Source: Veleropilina oligotropha
Taxonomy: Eukaryota
Assembly: GCA_048128005.1 (NCBI GenBank)
Contig: JBEUKZ010000022.1
Location: 124,001 to 188,000 of the forward strand
Length of the DNA stretch: 64,000 nt
Reading direction: 5' to 3'
A model generated the notes under the pieces. The model ran no database searches. It was not told the DNA's origin and was given only the letters and a program-made list of their open reading frames with translations. Positions 47,301-62,300 of the stretch are shown piece after piece. Each line of letters begins with the position of its first letter. Position 1 is the stretch's first letter. Position numbers and translations under genes: made by a program.

Positions 47301-50300
47301 TATCAGTTAAAATGTCATATATCCCGACGGGACTCGAACCCGCGATCTCCTGAATTCCGTCCAGGCGCTCTACCGACTAAGCTACGGGAACCGAAGAGAA
47401 ACATGGCACTGAAACTGATACAGGTGATGACCAGTAACGGTCGGCTCTGGCTTGTATGTATTTATTAGACAATTATATGAGAGGCATAACATGGTTTTGT
47501 TTTAACCAACATATATTAACGCACTGGCATCGATGTTTACGGCCATTCTCCATATCATATTAAGAACATGAAATTTGTGTATCAGTTAAAATGTCATATA
47601 TCCCGACGGGACTCGAACCCGCGATCTCCTGAATTCCGTCCAGGCGCTCTACTGACTAAGCTACGGGAACCGACGAGAAACATGGCACTGAAACTGATAC
47701 AGGTGATGACCAGTAACGGTCGGCTCTGGCTTGTATGTATTTATTAGACAATTATATGAGAGGCATAACATGGTTTTGTTTTAACCAACATATATTAACG
47801 CACTGGCATCGATGTTTACGGCCATTCTCCATATCATATTAAGAACATGAAATTTGTGTATCTGTTAAAATGTCATATATCCCGACGGGACTCGAACCCG
47901 CGATCACCTGAATTCCGTCCAGGCGCTCTACCGTCTAAGCTACGGGAACCGACGAGAAACATGGCACTGAAACTGATACAGGTGATGACCAGTAACGTCG
48001 GCTCTGGCTTGTATGTATTGCTACGGGAACTGACGAGAAACATGGCACTGAAACTGATACAGGTGATGACCAGTAACGTCGGCTCTGGCTTGTATGTATT
48101 TATTAGACAATTATATGAGAGGCATAACATGGTTTTGTTTTAACCAACATATATTAACGCACTGGCATCGATGTTTACGGCCATTCTCCATATCATATTA
48201 AGAACATGAAATTTGTGTATCAGTTAAAATGTCATATATCCCGACGGGACTCGAACCCGCGATCTCCTGAATTCCGTCCAGGCGCTCTACTGACTAAGCT
48301 ACGGGAACCGACGAGAAACATGGCACTGAAACTGATACAGGTGATGACCAGTAACGGTCGGCTCTGGCTTGTATGTATTTATTAGACAATTATATGAGAG
48401 GCATAACATGGTTTTGTTTTAACCAACATATATCAACGCACTGGCATCGATGTTTACGGCCATCTCCATATCATATTAAGAACATGAAATTTGTGTATCT
48501 GTTAAAATGTCATATATCCCGACGGGACTCGAACCCGCGATCACCTGAATTCCGTCCAGGCGCTCTACCGTCTAAGCTACGGGAACCGACGAGAAACATG
48601 GCACTGAAACTGATACAGGTGATGACCAGTAACGTCGGCTCTGGCTTGTATGTATTTATTAGACAATTATATGAGAGGCATAACATGGTTTTGTTTTAAC
48701 CAACATATATTAACGCACTGGCATCGATGTTAACGGCCATTCTCCATATCATATTAAGAACATGAAATTTGTGTATCAGTTAAAATGTCATATGTCCCGA
48801 TGGGACTCGAACCCGCGATCTCCTGAATTCCGTCCAGGCCATGTACCGACTAAGCTATGGGAACCGACGAGAAACATGGCACTGAAACTGATACAGGTGA
48901 TGACCAGTAACGGTCGGCTCTGGCTTGTATGTATTTATTAGACAATTATATGAGAGGCATAACATGGTTTTGTTTTAACCAACATATATTAACGCACTGG
49001 CATCGATGTTTACGGCCATTCTCCATATCATATTAAGAACATGAAATTTGTGTATCAGTTAAAATCTCATATATCCCGATGGGACTCGAACCCGCAATCT
49101 CCTGAATTCCGTCCAGGCACTCTACCGACTAACCTACGGGAACCGACGAGAAACATGGCACTGAAACTGATACAGGTGATGACCAGTAATGGTCAGCTCT
49201 GGCTTTGTATGTATTTATTAGACAATTATATGAGAGGCATGACATGGTTTTGTTTTAACCAACATATATTAACACACTGGCATCAATGTTTACGGCCATT
49301 CTCCATATCATATTAAGAACATGAAATTTGTGTATCAGTTAAAATGTCATATATCCCGACGGGACTCGAACCCGCGATCTCCTGAATTCCGTCCAGGCGC
49401 TCTACCGAATAAGCTACGGGAACCGACGAGAAACATGGCACTGAAACTGATACAGGTGATGACCAGTAACAGTCGGCTCTGGCTTGTATGTATTTATTAG
49501 ACGATTATATGAGTGGCATAACATGGTTTTGTTTTAACCAACATATATTAATGCACTGGCATCGATGTTTACGGCCATTCTCCATATCATATTAAGAACA
49601 TGAAATTTGTGTATCAGTTAAAATGTCATATATCCCGACGGGACTCGAACCAGCGATCTCCTGAATTCCGTCCAGGAGCTCTACCGACTAAGCTACGGGA
49701 ACTGACGAGAAACATGGCACTGAAACGGATACAGGTGATGACCAGTAACGGTCGGCTCTGGCTTGTATGTATTTATTAGACAATTATATGAGAGGCATAA
49801 CATGGTTTTGTTTTAACCAACATATATTAACGCACTGGCATCGATGTTTACGGCCATTCTCCATATCATATTAAGAACATGAAATTTGTGTATCAGTTAA
49901 AATGTCATATATCCCGACGGGACTCGAACCCGCGATCTCCTGAATTCCGTCCAGGCGCTCTACCGACTAAGCTATGGGAACCAACGAGAAACATGACACT
50001 GAAACTGATACAGGTGATGACCAGTAATGGTCTGCTCTGGCTTGTATGTATTTATTAGACAATTATATGAGAGGCATAACATGGTTTTGTTTTAACCAAC
50101 ATATATTAACACACTGCCATCGATGTTTACGGCCATTCTCCATATCATATTAAGAACATGAAATTTGTGTATCAGTTAAAATGTCATATATCCCGACGGG
50201 ACTCGACCCCGCGATCTCCTGAATTCCGTCCAGGCGCTCTACCGACTAAGCTACGGGAACTGACGAGAAACATGGCACTGAAACGGATACAGGTGATGAC

Positions 50301-53300
50301 CAGTAACGGTCGGCTCTGGCTTGTATGTATTTATTAGACAATTATATGAGAGGTATAACATGGTTTTGTTTTAACCAACATATATTAACGCACTGGCATC
50401 GATGTTTACGGCCATTCTCCATATCATATTAAGAACATGAAATTTGTGTATCAGTTAAAATGTCATATATCCCGACGGGACTCGAACCCGCGATCTCCTG
50501 AATTCCGTCCAGGCGCTCTACCGACTAAGCTACGGGAACCGACGAGAAACATGGCACTGAAACTAATACAGGTGATGACCAGTAACTGTCGGCTCTGGCT
50601 TGTATGTATTTATTAGACAATTATATGAGAGGCATAACATGGTTTTGTTTTAACCAACATATATTAATGCACTGGCATCGATGTTTACGGCCATTCTCCA
50701 TATCATATTAAGAACATGAAATTTGTGTATCAGTTAAAATGTCATATATCCCGACGGGACTCGAACCCGCGATCTCCTGAATTCCGTCCAGGCGCTCTAC
50801 CGACTAAGCTACGGGAACCGACGAGAAACATGGCACTGAAACTGATACAGGTGATGACCAGTAACGGTCGGCTCTGGCTTGTATGTATTTATTAGACAAT
50901 TATATGAGAGGCATAACATGGTTTTGTTTTAACCAACATATATTAACGCACTGGCATCGATGTTTACGGCCATTCTCCATATCATATTAAGAACATGAAA
51001 TTTGTGTATCAGTTAAAATGTCATATATCCCGATGGGACTCGAACCCGCAATCTCCTGAATTCCATCCAGGCACTCTACCGACTAAGCTACGGGAACCGA
51101 CGAGAAACATGGCACTGAAACGGGTACAGGTGATGACCAGTAACGGTCGGCTCTGGCTTGTATGTATTTATTAGACAATTATATGAGAGGCATAACATGG
51201 TTTTGTTTTACCCAACATATATTAACGCACTGGCATCGATGTTTACGGCCATTCTCCATATCATAATAAGAACATGAAATTTGTGTATCAGTTAAAATGT
51301 CATATATCCCGACGGGACTCGAACCCTCGATCTCCTGAATTCCGTCCAGGCGTTCTACCGACTAAGCTACGGGAACCGACGAGAAACATGGCACTGAAAC
51401 TAATACAGGTGATGACCAGTAACTGTCGGCTCTGGCTTGTATGTATTTATTAGACAATTATATGAGAGGCATAACATGGTTTTGTTTTAACCAACATATA
51501 TTAATGCACTGGCATCGATGTTTACGGCCATTCTCCATATCATATTAAGAACATGAAATTTGTGTATCAGTTAAAATGTCATATATCCCGACGGGACTCG
51601 AACCCGCGATCTCCTGAATTCCGTCCAGGCGCTCTACAGACTAAGCTACAGGAACTGACGAGAAACATGGCACTGAAACTGATACAGGTGATGACCAATA
51701 ACGGTCGGCTCTGGCTTGTATGTATTTATTAGACAATTATATGAGAGGCATAACATGGTTTTGTTTTAACCAACATATATTAACGCACTGGCATCGATGT
51801 TTACGGCCATTCTCCATATCATATTAAGAACATGAAATTTGTGTATCAGTTAAAATGTCATATATCCCGATGGGACTCGAACCCGCGATCTCCTGAATTC
51901 CGTCCAGGCGCTCTACCGACTAAGCTATGGGAACCGACGAGAAACATGGCACTGAAACTGATACAGGTGATGACCAGTAACGGTCGGCTCTGGCTTGTAT
52001 GTATTTATTAGACAATTATATGAGAGGCATAACATGGTTTTGTTTTAACCAACATATATTAACGCACTGGCATCGATGTTTACGGCCATTCTCCATATCA
52101 TGTTAACAACATGAAATTTGTGTATCAGTTAAAATGTCATATATCCCGACGGGACTCGAACCTGCGATCTCCTGAATTCCGTCCAGGCGCTCTACCGACT
52201 AAGCTACGGGAACCGACGAGAAACATGGCACTGAAACTGATACAGGTGATGACCAGTAACGGTCGGCTCTGGCTTGTATGTATTTATTAGACAATTATAT
52301 GAGAGGCATAACATGGTTTTGATTTAACCAACATATATTAACGCACTGGCATCGATGTTTACGGCCATTCTCCATATCATATTAAGAACATGAAATTTGT
52401 GTATCAGTTAAAATGTCATATATCCCGACGGGACTCGAACCCGCGATCTCCTGAATTCCGTCCAGGCGCTCTACCGACTAAGCTACAGTAACCGACGATA
52501 AACATGGCACTGGAACTGATACAGGTGATGACCAGTAACGGTCGGCTCTGGCTTGTATGTATTTATTAGACAATTATATGAGAGGCATAACATGGTTTTG
52601 TTTTAACCAACATATATTAACGCACTGGCATCGATGTTTACGGCCATTCTCCATATCATATTAAGAACATGAAATTTGAGTATCAGTTAAAATGTCATAT
52701 ATCCCGACGGGACTCGAACCCGCGATCTCCTGAATTCCGTCCAGGTGCTCTACCGACTAAGCTACGGGAACCGACGAGAAACATGGCACTGAAACTGATA
52801 CAGGTGATGACCAGTAACGGTCGGCTCTGGCTTGTATGTATTTATTAGACAATTATATGAGAGGCATAACATGGTTTTGTTTTAACCAACATATATTAAC
52901 GCACTGGCATCGATGTTTAACGGCCATTCTCCATATCATATTAAGAACATGAAATTTGTGTATCAGTTAAAATGTCATATATCCCGATGGGACTCGAACC
53001 CGCGATCTCCTGAATTCCGTCCAGGCACTCTACCGACTAAGCTACGGGAACCGACGAGAAACATGGCACTGAAACTGATACAGGTGATGACCAGTAACGG
53101 TCGGCTCTGGCTTGTATGTATTTATTAGACAATTATATGAGAGGCATAACATGGTTTTGTTTTAACCAACATATATTAACGCACTGGCATCGATGTTTAC
53201 GGCCATTCTCCATATCATATTAAGAACATGAAATTTGTGTATCAGTTAAAATGTCATATATCCCGACGGGGCTCGAACCCGTGACCTCCTGAATTCCGTC

Positions 53301-56300
53301 CAGGCGCTCTACTGACTAAGCTACGGGAACCGACGAGAAACATGGCACTGAAACTGATACAGGTGATGACCAGTAACGGTCGGCTCTGGCTTGTATGTAT
53401 TTATTAGACAATTATATGAGAGGCATAACATGGTTTTGTTTTAACCAACATATATTAACGCACTGGCATCGATGTTTACGGCCATTCTCCATATCATATT
53501 AATAACATGAAATTTGTGTATCAGTTAAAATGTCATATATCCCGACGGGACTCGAACCCGCGATCACCTGAATTCCGTCCAGGCGCTCTACCGACTAAGC
53601 TACGGGAACCGACGAGAAACATGGCACTGAAACTGATACAGGTGATGACCAGTAACGGTCGGCTCTGGCTTGTATGTATTTATTAGACAATTATATGAGA
53701 GGCATAACATGGTTTTGTTTTAACCAACATATATTAACGCACTGGCATCGATGTTAACGGCCATTCTCCATATCATATTAAGAACATGAAATTTGTGTAT
53801 CAGTTAAAATGTCATATGTCCCGACGGGACTCGAACCCGCGATCTCCTGAATTCCGTCCAGGCGCTCTACCGACTAAGCTATGGGAACCGACGAGAAACA
53901 TGGCACTGAAACTGATACAGGTGATGACCAGTAACGGTCGGCTCTGGCTTGTATGTATTTATTAGACAATTATATGAGAGGCATATCTTGGTTTTGTTTT
54001 AACCAACATATATTAACGCACTGGCATCGATGTTTACGGCCATTCTCCATATCATATTAAGAACATGAAATTTGTGTATCAGTTAAAATGTCATATATAC
54101 CGACGGGACTCGAACCCGCGATCTCCTGAATTCCGTCCAGGCACTCTACCGACTAAGCTACGGGAACCGACGAGAAACATGGCACTGAAACTGATACAGG
54201 TGATGACCAGTAATGGTCGGCTCTGGCTTTGTATGTATTTATTAGACAATTATATGAGAGGCATAACATGGTTTTGTTTTAACCAACATATATTAACACA
54301 CTGGCATCGATGTTTACGGCCATTCTCCATATCATATTAAGAACATGAAATTTGTGTATCAGTTAAAATGTCATATATCCCGACGGGACTCGAACCCGCG
54401 ATCTCCTGAATTCCGTCCAGGCGCTCTACCGACTAAGCTACGGGAACCGACGAGAAACATGGCACTGAAACTGATACAGGTGATGACCAGTAACGGTCGG
54501 CTCTGGCTTGTATGTATTTATTAGACGATTATATGAGAGGCATAACATGGTTTTGTTTTAACCAACATATATTAACGCACTGGCATCGATGTTTACGGCC
54601 ATTCTCCATATCATATTAAGAACATGAAATTTGTGTATCAGTTAAAATGTCATATATCCCGACGGGACTCGAACCAGCGATCTCCTGAATTCCGTCCAGG
54701 CGCTCTACCGACTAAGCTACGGGAACTGACGAGAAACATGGCACTGAAACGGATACAGGTGATGATCAGTAACGGTCGGCTCTGGCTTGTATGTATTTAT
54801 TAGACAATTATATGAGAGGCATAACATGGTTTTGTTTTAACCAACATATATTAACGCACTGGCATCGATGTTTACAGCCATTCTCCATATCATATTAAGA
54901 ACATGAAATTTGTGTATCAGTTAAAATGTCATATATCCCGACGGGACTCGAACCAGCGATCTCCTGAATTCCGTCCAGGCGCTCTACCGACTAAGCTACG
55001 GGAACCAACGAGAAACATGACACTGAAACTGATACAGGTGATGACCAGTAACGGTCGGCTCTGGCTTGTATGTATTTATTAGACAATTATATGAGAGGCA
55101 TAACATGGTTTTGTTTTAACCAACATATATTAACACACTGGCATCGATGTTTACGGCCATTCTCCATATCATATTAAGAACATGAAATTTGTGTATCAGT
55201 TAAAATGTCATATATCCCGACGGGACTCGACCCCGCGATCTCCTGAATTCCGTCCAGGTGCTCAACCGACTAAGCTACGGGAACCGAAGAGAAACATGGC
55301 ACTGAAACGGATACAGGTGATGACCAGTAACGGTCGGCTCTGGCTTGTATGTATTTATTAGACAATTATATGAGAGGCATAGCATGGTTTTGTTTTAACC
55401 AACATATATTAACCCACTGGCATCGATGTTTACGGCCATTCTCCATATCATATTAAGAACATGAAATTTGTGTATCAGTTAAAATGTCATATATCCCGAC
55501 GGGACTCGAACCCGCGATCTCCTGAATTCCGTCCAGGCGCTCTACCGACTAAGCTACAGGAACCGACGAGAAACATGGCACTGAAACTGATACAGGTGAT
55601 GACCAGTAACGGTCGGCTCTGGCTTGTATGTATTTATTAGACAATTATATGAGAGGCATAACATGGTTTTGTTTTAACCAACATATATTAATGCACTGGC
55701 ATCGATGTTTACGGCCATTCTCCATATCATATTAGGAACATGAAATTTGTGTATCAGTTAAAATGTCATATATCCCGACGGGACTCGAACCCGCGATCTC
55801 CTGAATTCCGTCCAGGTGCTCTACCGACTAAGCTACGGGAACCGACGAGAAACATGGCACTGAAACTGATACAGGTGATGACCAGTAATGGTCGGCTCTG
55901 GCTTGTATGTATTTATTAGACAATTATATGAGAGGCATAACATGGTTTTGATTTAACCAACATATATTAACGCACTGGCATCGATGTTTACGGCCATTCT
56001 CCATATCATATTAAGAACATGAAATTTGTGTATCAGTTAAAATGTCATATATCCCGACGGGACTCGAACCCGCGATCTCCTGAATTCCGTCCAGGCGCTC
56101 TACCGACTAAGCTACAGGAACCGACGATAAACATGGCACTGGAACTGATACAGGTGATGACCAGTAACGGTCGGCTCTGGCTTGTATGTATTTATTAGAC
56201 AATTATATGAGAGGCATAACATGGTTTTGTTTTAACCAACATATATTAACGCACTGGCATCGATGTTTACGGCCATTCTCCATATCATATTAAGAACATG

Positions 56301-59300
56301 AAATTTGTGTATAGGTTAAAATTTCATATATCCCGACGGGACTCGAACCCGCGATCTCCTGAATTCCGTCCAGGCGCTCTACCGACTAAGCTACGGGAAC
56401 CGAAGAGAAACATGGCACTGAAACTGATACAGGTGATGACCAGTAACGGTCGGCTCTGGCTTGTATGTATTTATTAGACAATTATATGAGAGGCATAACA
56501 TGGTTTTGTTTTAACCAACATATATTAACGCACTGGCATCGATGTTTACGGCCATTCTCCATATCATATTAAGAACATGAAATTTGTGTATCTGTTAAAA
56601 TGTCATATATCCCGACGGGACTCGAACCCGCGATCACCTGAATTCCGTCCAGGCGCTCTACCGTCTAAGCTACGGGAACCGACGAGAAACATGGCACTGA
56701 AACTGATACAGGTGATGACCAGTAACGTCGGCTCTGGCTTGTATGTATTTATTAGACAATTATATGAGAGGCATAACATGGTTTTGTTTTAACCAACATA
56801 TATTAACGCACTGGCATCGATGTTAACGGCCATTCTCCATATCATATTAAGAACATGAAATTTGTGTATCAGTTAAAATGTCATATGTCCCGATGGGACT
56901 CGAACCCGCGATCTCCTGAATTCCGTCCAGGCGCTCTACCGACTAAGCTATGGGAACCGACGAGAAACATGGCACTGAAACTGATACAGGTGATGACCAG
57001 TAACGGTCGGCTCTGGCTTGTATGTATTTATTAGACAATTATATGAGAGGCATAACATGGTTTTGTTTTAACCAACATATATTAACGCACTGGCATCGAT
57101 GTTTACGGCCATTCTCCATATCATATTAAGAACATGAAATTTGTGTATCTGTTAAAATGTCATATATCCCGACGGGACTCGAACCCGCGATCTCCTGAAT
57201 TCCGTCCAGGCGCTCTACTGACTAAGCTACGGGAACCGACGAGAAACATGGCACTGAAACTGATACAGGTGATGACCAGTAACGGTCGGCTCTGGCTTGT
57301 ATGTATTTATTAGACAATTATATGAGAGGCATAACATGGTTTTGTTTAAACCAACATATATCAACGCACTGGCATCGATGTTTACGGCCATCTCCATATC
57401 ATATTAAGAACATGAAATTTGTGTATCTGTTAAAATGTCATATATCCCGATGGGACTCGAACCCGCGATCACCTGAATTCCGTCCAGGCGCTCTACCGTC
57501 TAAGCTACGGGAACCGATGAGAAACATGGCACTGAAACTGATACAGGTGATGACCAGTAACGTCGGCTCTGGCTTGTATGTATTTATTAGACAATTATAT
57601 GAGAGGCATAACATGGTTTTGTTTTAACCAACATATATTAACGCACTGGCATCGATGTTAACGGCCATTCTCCATATCATATTAAGAACATGAAATTTGT
57701 GTATCAGTTAAAATGTCATATGTCCCGATGGGACTCGAACCCGCGATCTCCTGAATTCCGTCCAGGCCATGTACCGACTAAGCTATGGGAACCGACGAGA
57801 AACATGGCACTGAAACTGATACAGGTGATGACCAGTAACGGTCGGCTCTGGCTTGTATGTATTTATTAGACAATTATATGAGAGGCATAACATGGTTTTG
57901 TTTTAACCAACATATATTAACGCACTGGCATCGATGTTTACGGCCATTCTCCATATCATATTAAGAACATGAAATTTGTGTATCAGTTAAAATCTCATAT
58001 ATCCCGATGGGACTCGAACCCGCGATCTCCTGAATTCCGTCCAGGCACTCTACCGACTAACCTACGGGAACCGACGAGAAACATGGCACTGAAACTGATA
58101 CAGGTGATGACCAGTAATGGTCAGCTCTGGCTTTGTATGTATTTATTAGACAATTATATGAGAGGCATGACATGGTTGTTTTAACCAACATATATTAACA
58201 CACTGGCATCAATGTTTACGGCCATTCTCCATATCATATTAAGAACATGAAATTTGTGTATCAGTTAAAATGTCATATATCCCGACGGGACTCGAACCCG
58301 CGATCTCCTGAATTCCGTCCAGGCGCTCTACCGAATAAGCTACGGGAACCGACGAGAAACATGGCACTGAAACTGATACAGGTGATGACCAGTAACGGTC
58401 GGCTCTGGCTTGTATGTATTTATTAGACGATTATATGAGTGGCATAACATGGTTTTGTTTTAACCAACATATATTAATGCACTGGCATCGATGTTTACGG
58501 CCATTCTCCATATCATATTAAGAACATGAAATTTGTGTATCAGTTAAAATGTCATATATCCCGACGGGACTCGAACCAGCGATCTCCTGAATTCCGTCCA
58601 GGAGCTCTACCGACTAAGCTACGGGAACTGACGAGAAACATGGCACTGAAACGGATACAGGTGATGACCAGTAACGGTCGGCTCTGGCTTGTATGTATTT
58701 ATTAGACAATTATATGAGAGGCATAACATGGTTTTGTTTTAACCAACATATATTAACGCACTGGCATCGATGTTTACGGCCATTCTCCATATCATATTAA
58801 GAACATGAAATTTGTGTATCAGTTAAAATGTCATATATCCCGACGGGACTCGAACCCGCGATCTCCTGAATTCCGTCCAGGCGCTCTACCGACTAAGCTA
58901 TGGGAACCAACGAGAAACATGACACTGAAACTGATACAGGTGATGACCAGTAATGGTCGGCTCTGGCTTGTATGTATTTATTAGACAATTATATGAGAGG
59001 CATAACATGGTTTTGTTTTAACCAACATATATTAACACACTGCCATCGATGTTTACGGCCATTCTCCATATCATATTAAGAACATGAAATTTGTGTATCA
59101 GATAAAATGTCATATATCCCGACGGGCTCGACCCCGCGATCTCCTGAATTCCGTCCAGGCGCTCTACCGACTAAGCTACGGGAACTGACGAGAAACATGG
59201 CACTGAAACGGATACAGGTGATGACCAGTAACGGTCGGCTCTGGCTTGTATGTATTTATTAGACAATTATATGAGAGGTATAACATGGTTTTGTTTTAAC

Positions 59301-62300
59301 CAACATATATTAACGCACTGGCATCGATGTTTACGGCCATTCTCCATATCATATTAAGAACATGAAATTTGTGTATCAGTTAAAATGTCATATATCCCGA
59401 CGGGACACGAACCCGCGATCTCCTGAATTCCGTCCAGGCGCTCTACCGACTAAGCTACGGGAACCGACGAGAAACATGGCACTGAAACTAATACAGGTGA
59501 TGACCAGTAACTGTCGGCTCTGGCTTGTATGTATTTATTAGACAATTATATGAGAGGCATAACATGGTTTTGTTTTAACCAACATATATTAATGCACTGG
59601 CATCGATGTTTACGGCCATTCTCCATATCATATTAAGAACATGAAATTTGTGTATCAGTTAAATGTCATATATCCCGATGGGACTCGAACCCGCGATCTC
59701 CTGAATTCCGTCCAGGCGCTCTACCGACTAAGCTATGGGAACCGACGAGAAACATGGCACTGAAACTGATACAGGTGATGACCAGTAACGGTCGGCTCTG
59801 GCTTGTATGTATTTATTAGACAATTATATGAGAGGCATAACATGGTTTTGTTTTAACCAACATATATTAACGCACTGGCATCGATGTTTACGGCCATTCT
59901 CCATATCATGTTAACAACATGAAATTTGTGTATCAGTTAAAATGTCATATATCCCGACGGGACTCGAACCTGCGATCTCCTGAATTCCGTCCAGGCGCTC
60001 TACCGACTAAGCTACGGGAACCGACGAGAAACATGGCACTGAAACTGATACAGGTGATGACCAGTAACGGTCGGCTCTGGCTTGTATGTATTTATTAGAC
60101 AATTATATGAGAGGCATAACATGGTTTTGATTTAACCAACATATATTAACGCACTGGCATCGATGTTTACGGCCATTCTCCATATCATATTAAGAACATG
60201 AAATTTGTGTATCAGTTAAAATGTCATATATCCCGACGGGACTCGAACCCGCGATCTCCTGAATTCCGTCCAGGCGCTCTACCGACGAAGCTACAGGAAC
60301 CGACGATAAACATGGCACTGGAACTGATACAGGTGATGACCAGTAACGGTCGGCTCTGGCTTGTATGTATTTATTAGACAATTATATGAGAGGCATAACA
60401 TGGTTTTGTTTTAACCAACATATATTAACGCACTGGCATCGATGTTTACGGCCATTCTCCATATCATATTAAGAACATGAAATTTGAGTATCAGTTAAAA
60501 TGTCATATATCCCGACGGGACTCGAACCCGCGATCTCCTGAATTCCGTCCAGGTGCTCTACCGACTAAGCTACGGGAACCGACGAGAAACATGGCACTGA
60601 AACTGATACAGGTGATGACCAGTAACGGTCGGCTCTGGCTTGTATGTATTTATTAGACAATTATATGAGAGGCATAACATGGTTTTGTTTTAACCAACAT
60701 ATATTAACGCACTGGCATCGATGTTTAACGGCCATTCTCCATATCATATTAAGAACATGAAATTTGTGTATCAGTTAAAATGTCATATATCCCGATGGGA
60801 CTCGAACCCGCGATCTCCTGAATTCCGTCCAGGCACTCTACCGACTAAGCTACGGGAACCGACGAGAAACATGGCACTGAAACTGATACAGGTGATGACC
60901 AGTAACGGTCGGCTCTGGCTTGTATGTATTTATTAGACAATTATATGAGAGGCATAACATGGTTTTGTTTTAACCAACATATATTAACGCACTGGCATCG
61001 ATGTTTACGGCCATTCTCCATATCATATTAAGAACATGAAATTTGTGTATCAGTTAAAATGTCATATATCCCGATGGGGCTCGAACCCGCGACCTCCTGA
61101 ATTCCGTCCAGGCGCTCTACTGACTAAGCTACGGGAACCGACGAGAAACATGGCACTGAAACTGATACAGGTGATGACCAGTAACGGTCGGCTCTGGCTT
61201 GTATGTATTTATTAAACAATTATATGAGAGGCATAACATGGTTTTGTTTTAACCAACATATATTAACGCACTGGCATCGATGTTTACGGCCATTCTCCAT
61301 ATCATATTAATAACATGAAATTTGTGTATCAGTTAAAATGTCATATATCCCGACGGGACTCGAACCCGCGATCACCTGAATTCCGTCCAGGCGCTCTACC
61401 GACTAAGCTACGGGAACCGACGAGAAACATGGCACTGAAACTGATACAGGTGATGACCAGTAACGGTCGGCTCTGGCTTGTATGTATTTATTAGACAATT
61501 ATATGAGAGGCATAACATGGTTTTGTTTTAACCAACATATATTAACGCACTGGCATCGATGTTAACGGCCATTCTCCATATCATATTAAGAACATGAAAT
61601 TTGTGTATCAGTTAAAATGTCATATGTCCCGACGGGACTCGAACCCGCGATCTCCTGAATTCCGTCCAGGCGCTCTACCGACTAAGCTATGGGAACCGAC
61701 GAGAAACATGGCACTGAAACTGATACAGGTGATGACCAGTAACGGTCGGCTCTGGCTTGTATGTATTTATTAGACAATTATATGAGAGGCATATCTTGGT
61801 TTTGTTTTAACCAACATATATTAACGCACTGGCATCGATGTTTACGGCCATTCTCCATATCATATTAAGAACATGAAATTTGTGTATCAGTTAAAATGTC
61901 ATATATCCCGACGGGACTCGAACCCGCGATCTCCTGAATTCCGTCCAGGCACTCTACCGACTAAGCTACGGGAACCGACGAGAAACATGGCACTGAAACT
62001 GATACAGGTGATGACCAGTAATGGTCGGCTCTGGCTTTGTATGTATTTATTAGACAATTATATGAGAGGCATAACATGGTTTTGTTTTAACCAACATATA
62101 TTAACACACTGGCATCGATGTTTACGGCCATTCTCCATATCATATTAAGAACATGAAATTTGTGTATCAGTTAAAATGTCATATATCCCGACGGGACTCG
62201 AACCCGCGATCTCCTGAATTCCATCCAGGCGCTCTACCGACTAAGCTACGGGAACCGACGAGAAACATGGCACTGAAACTGATACAGGTGATGACCAGTA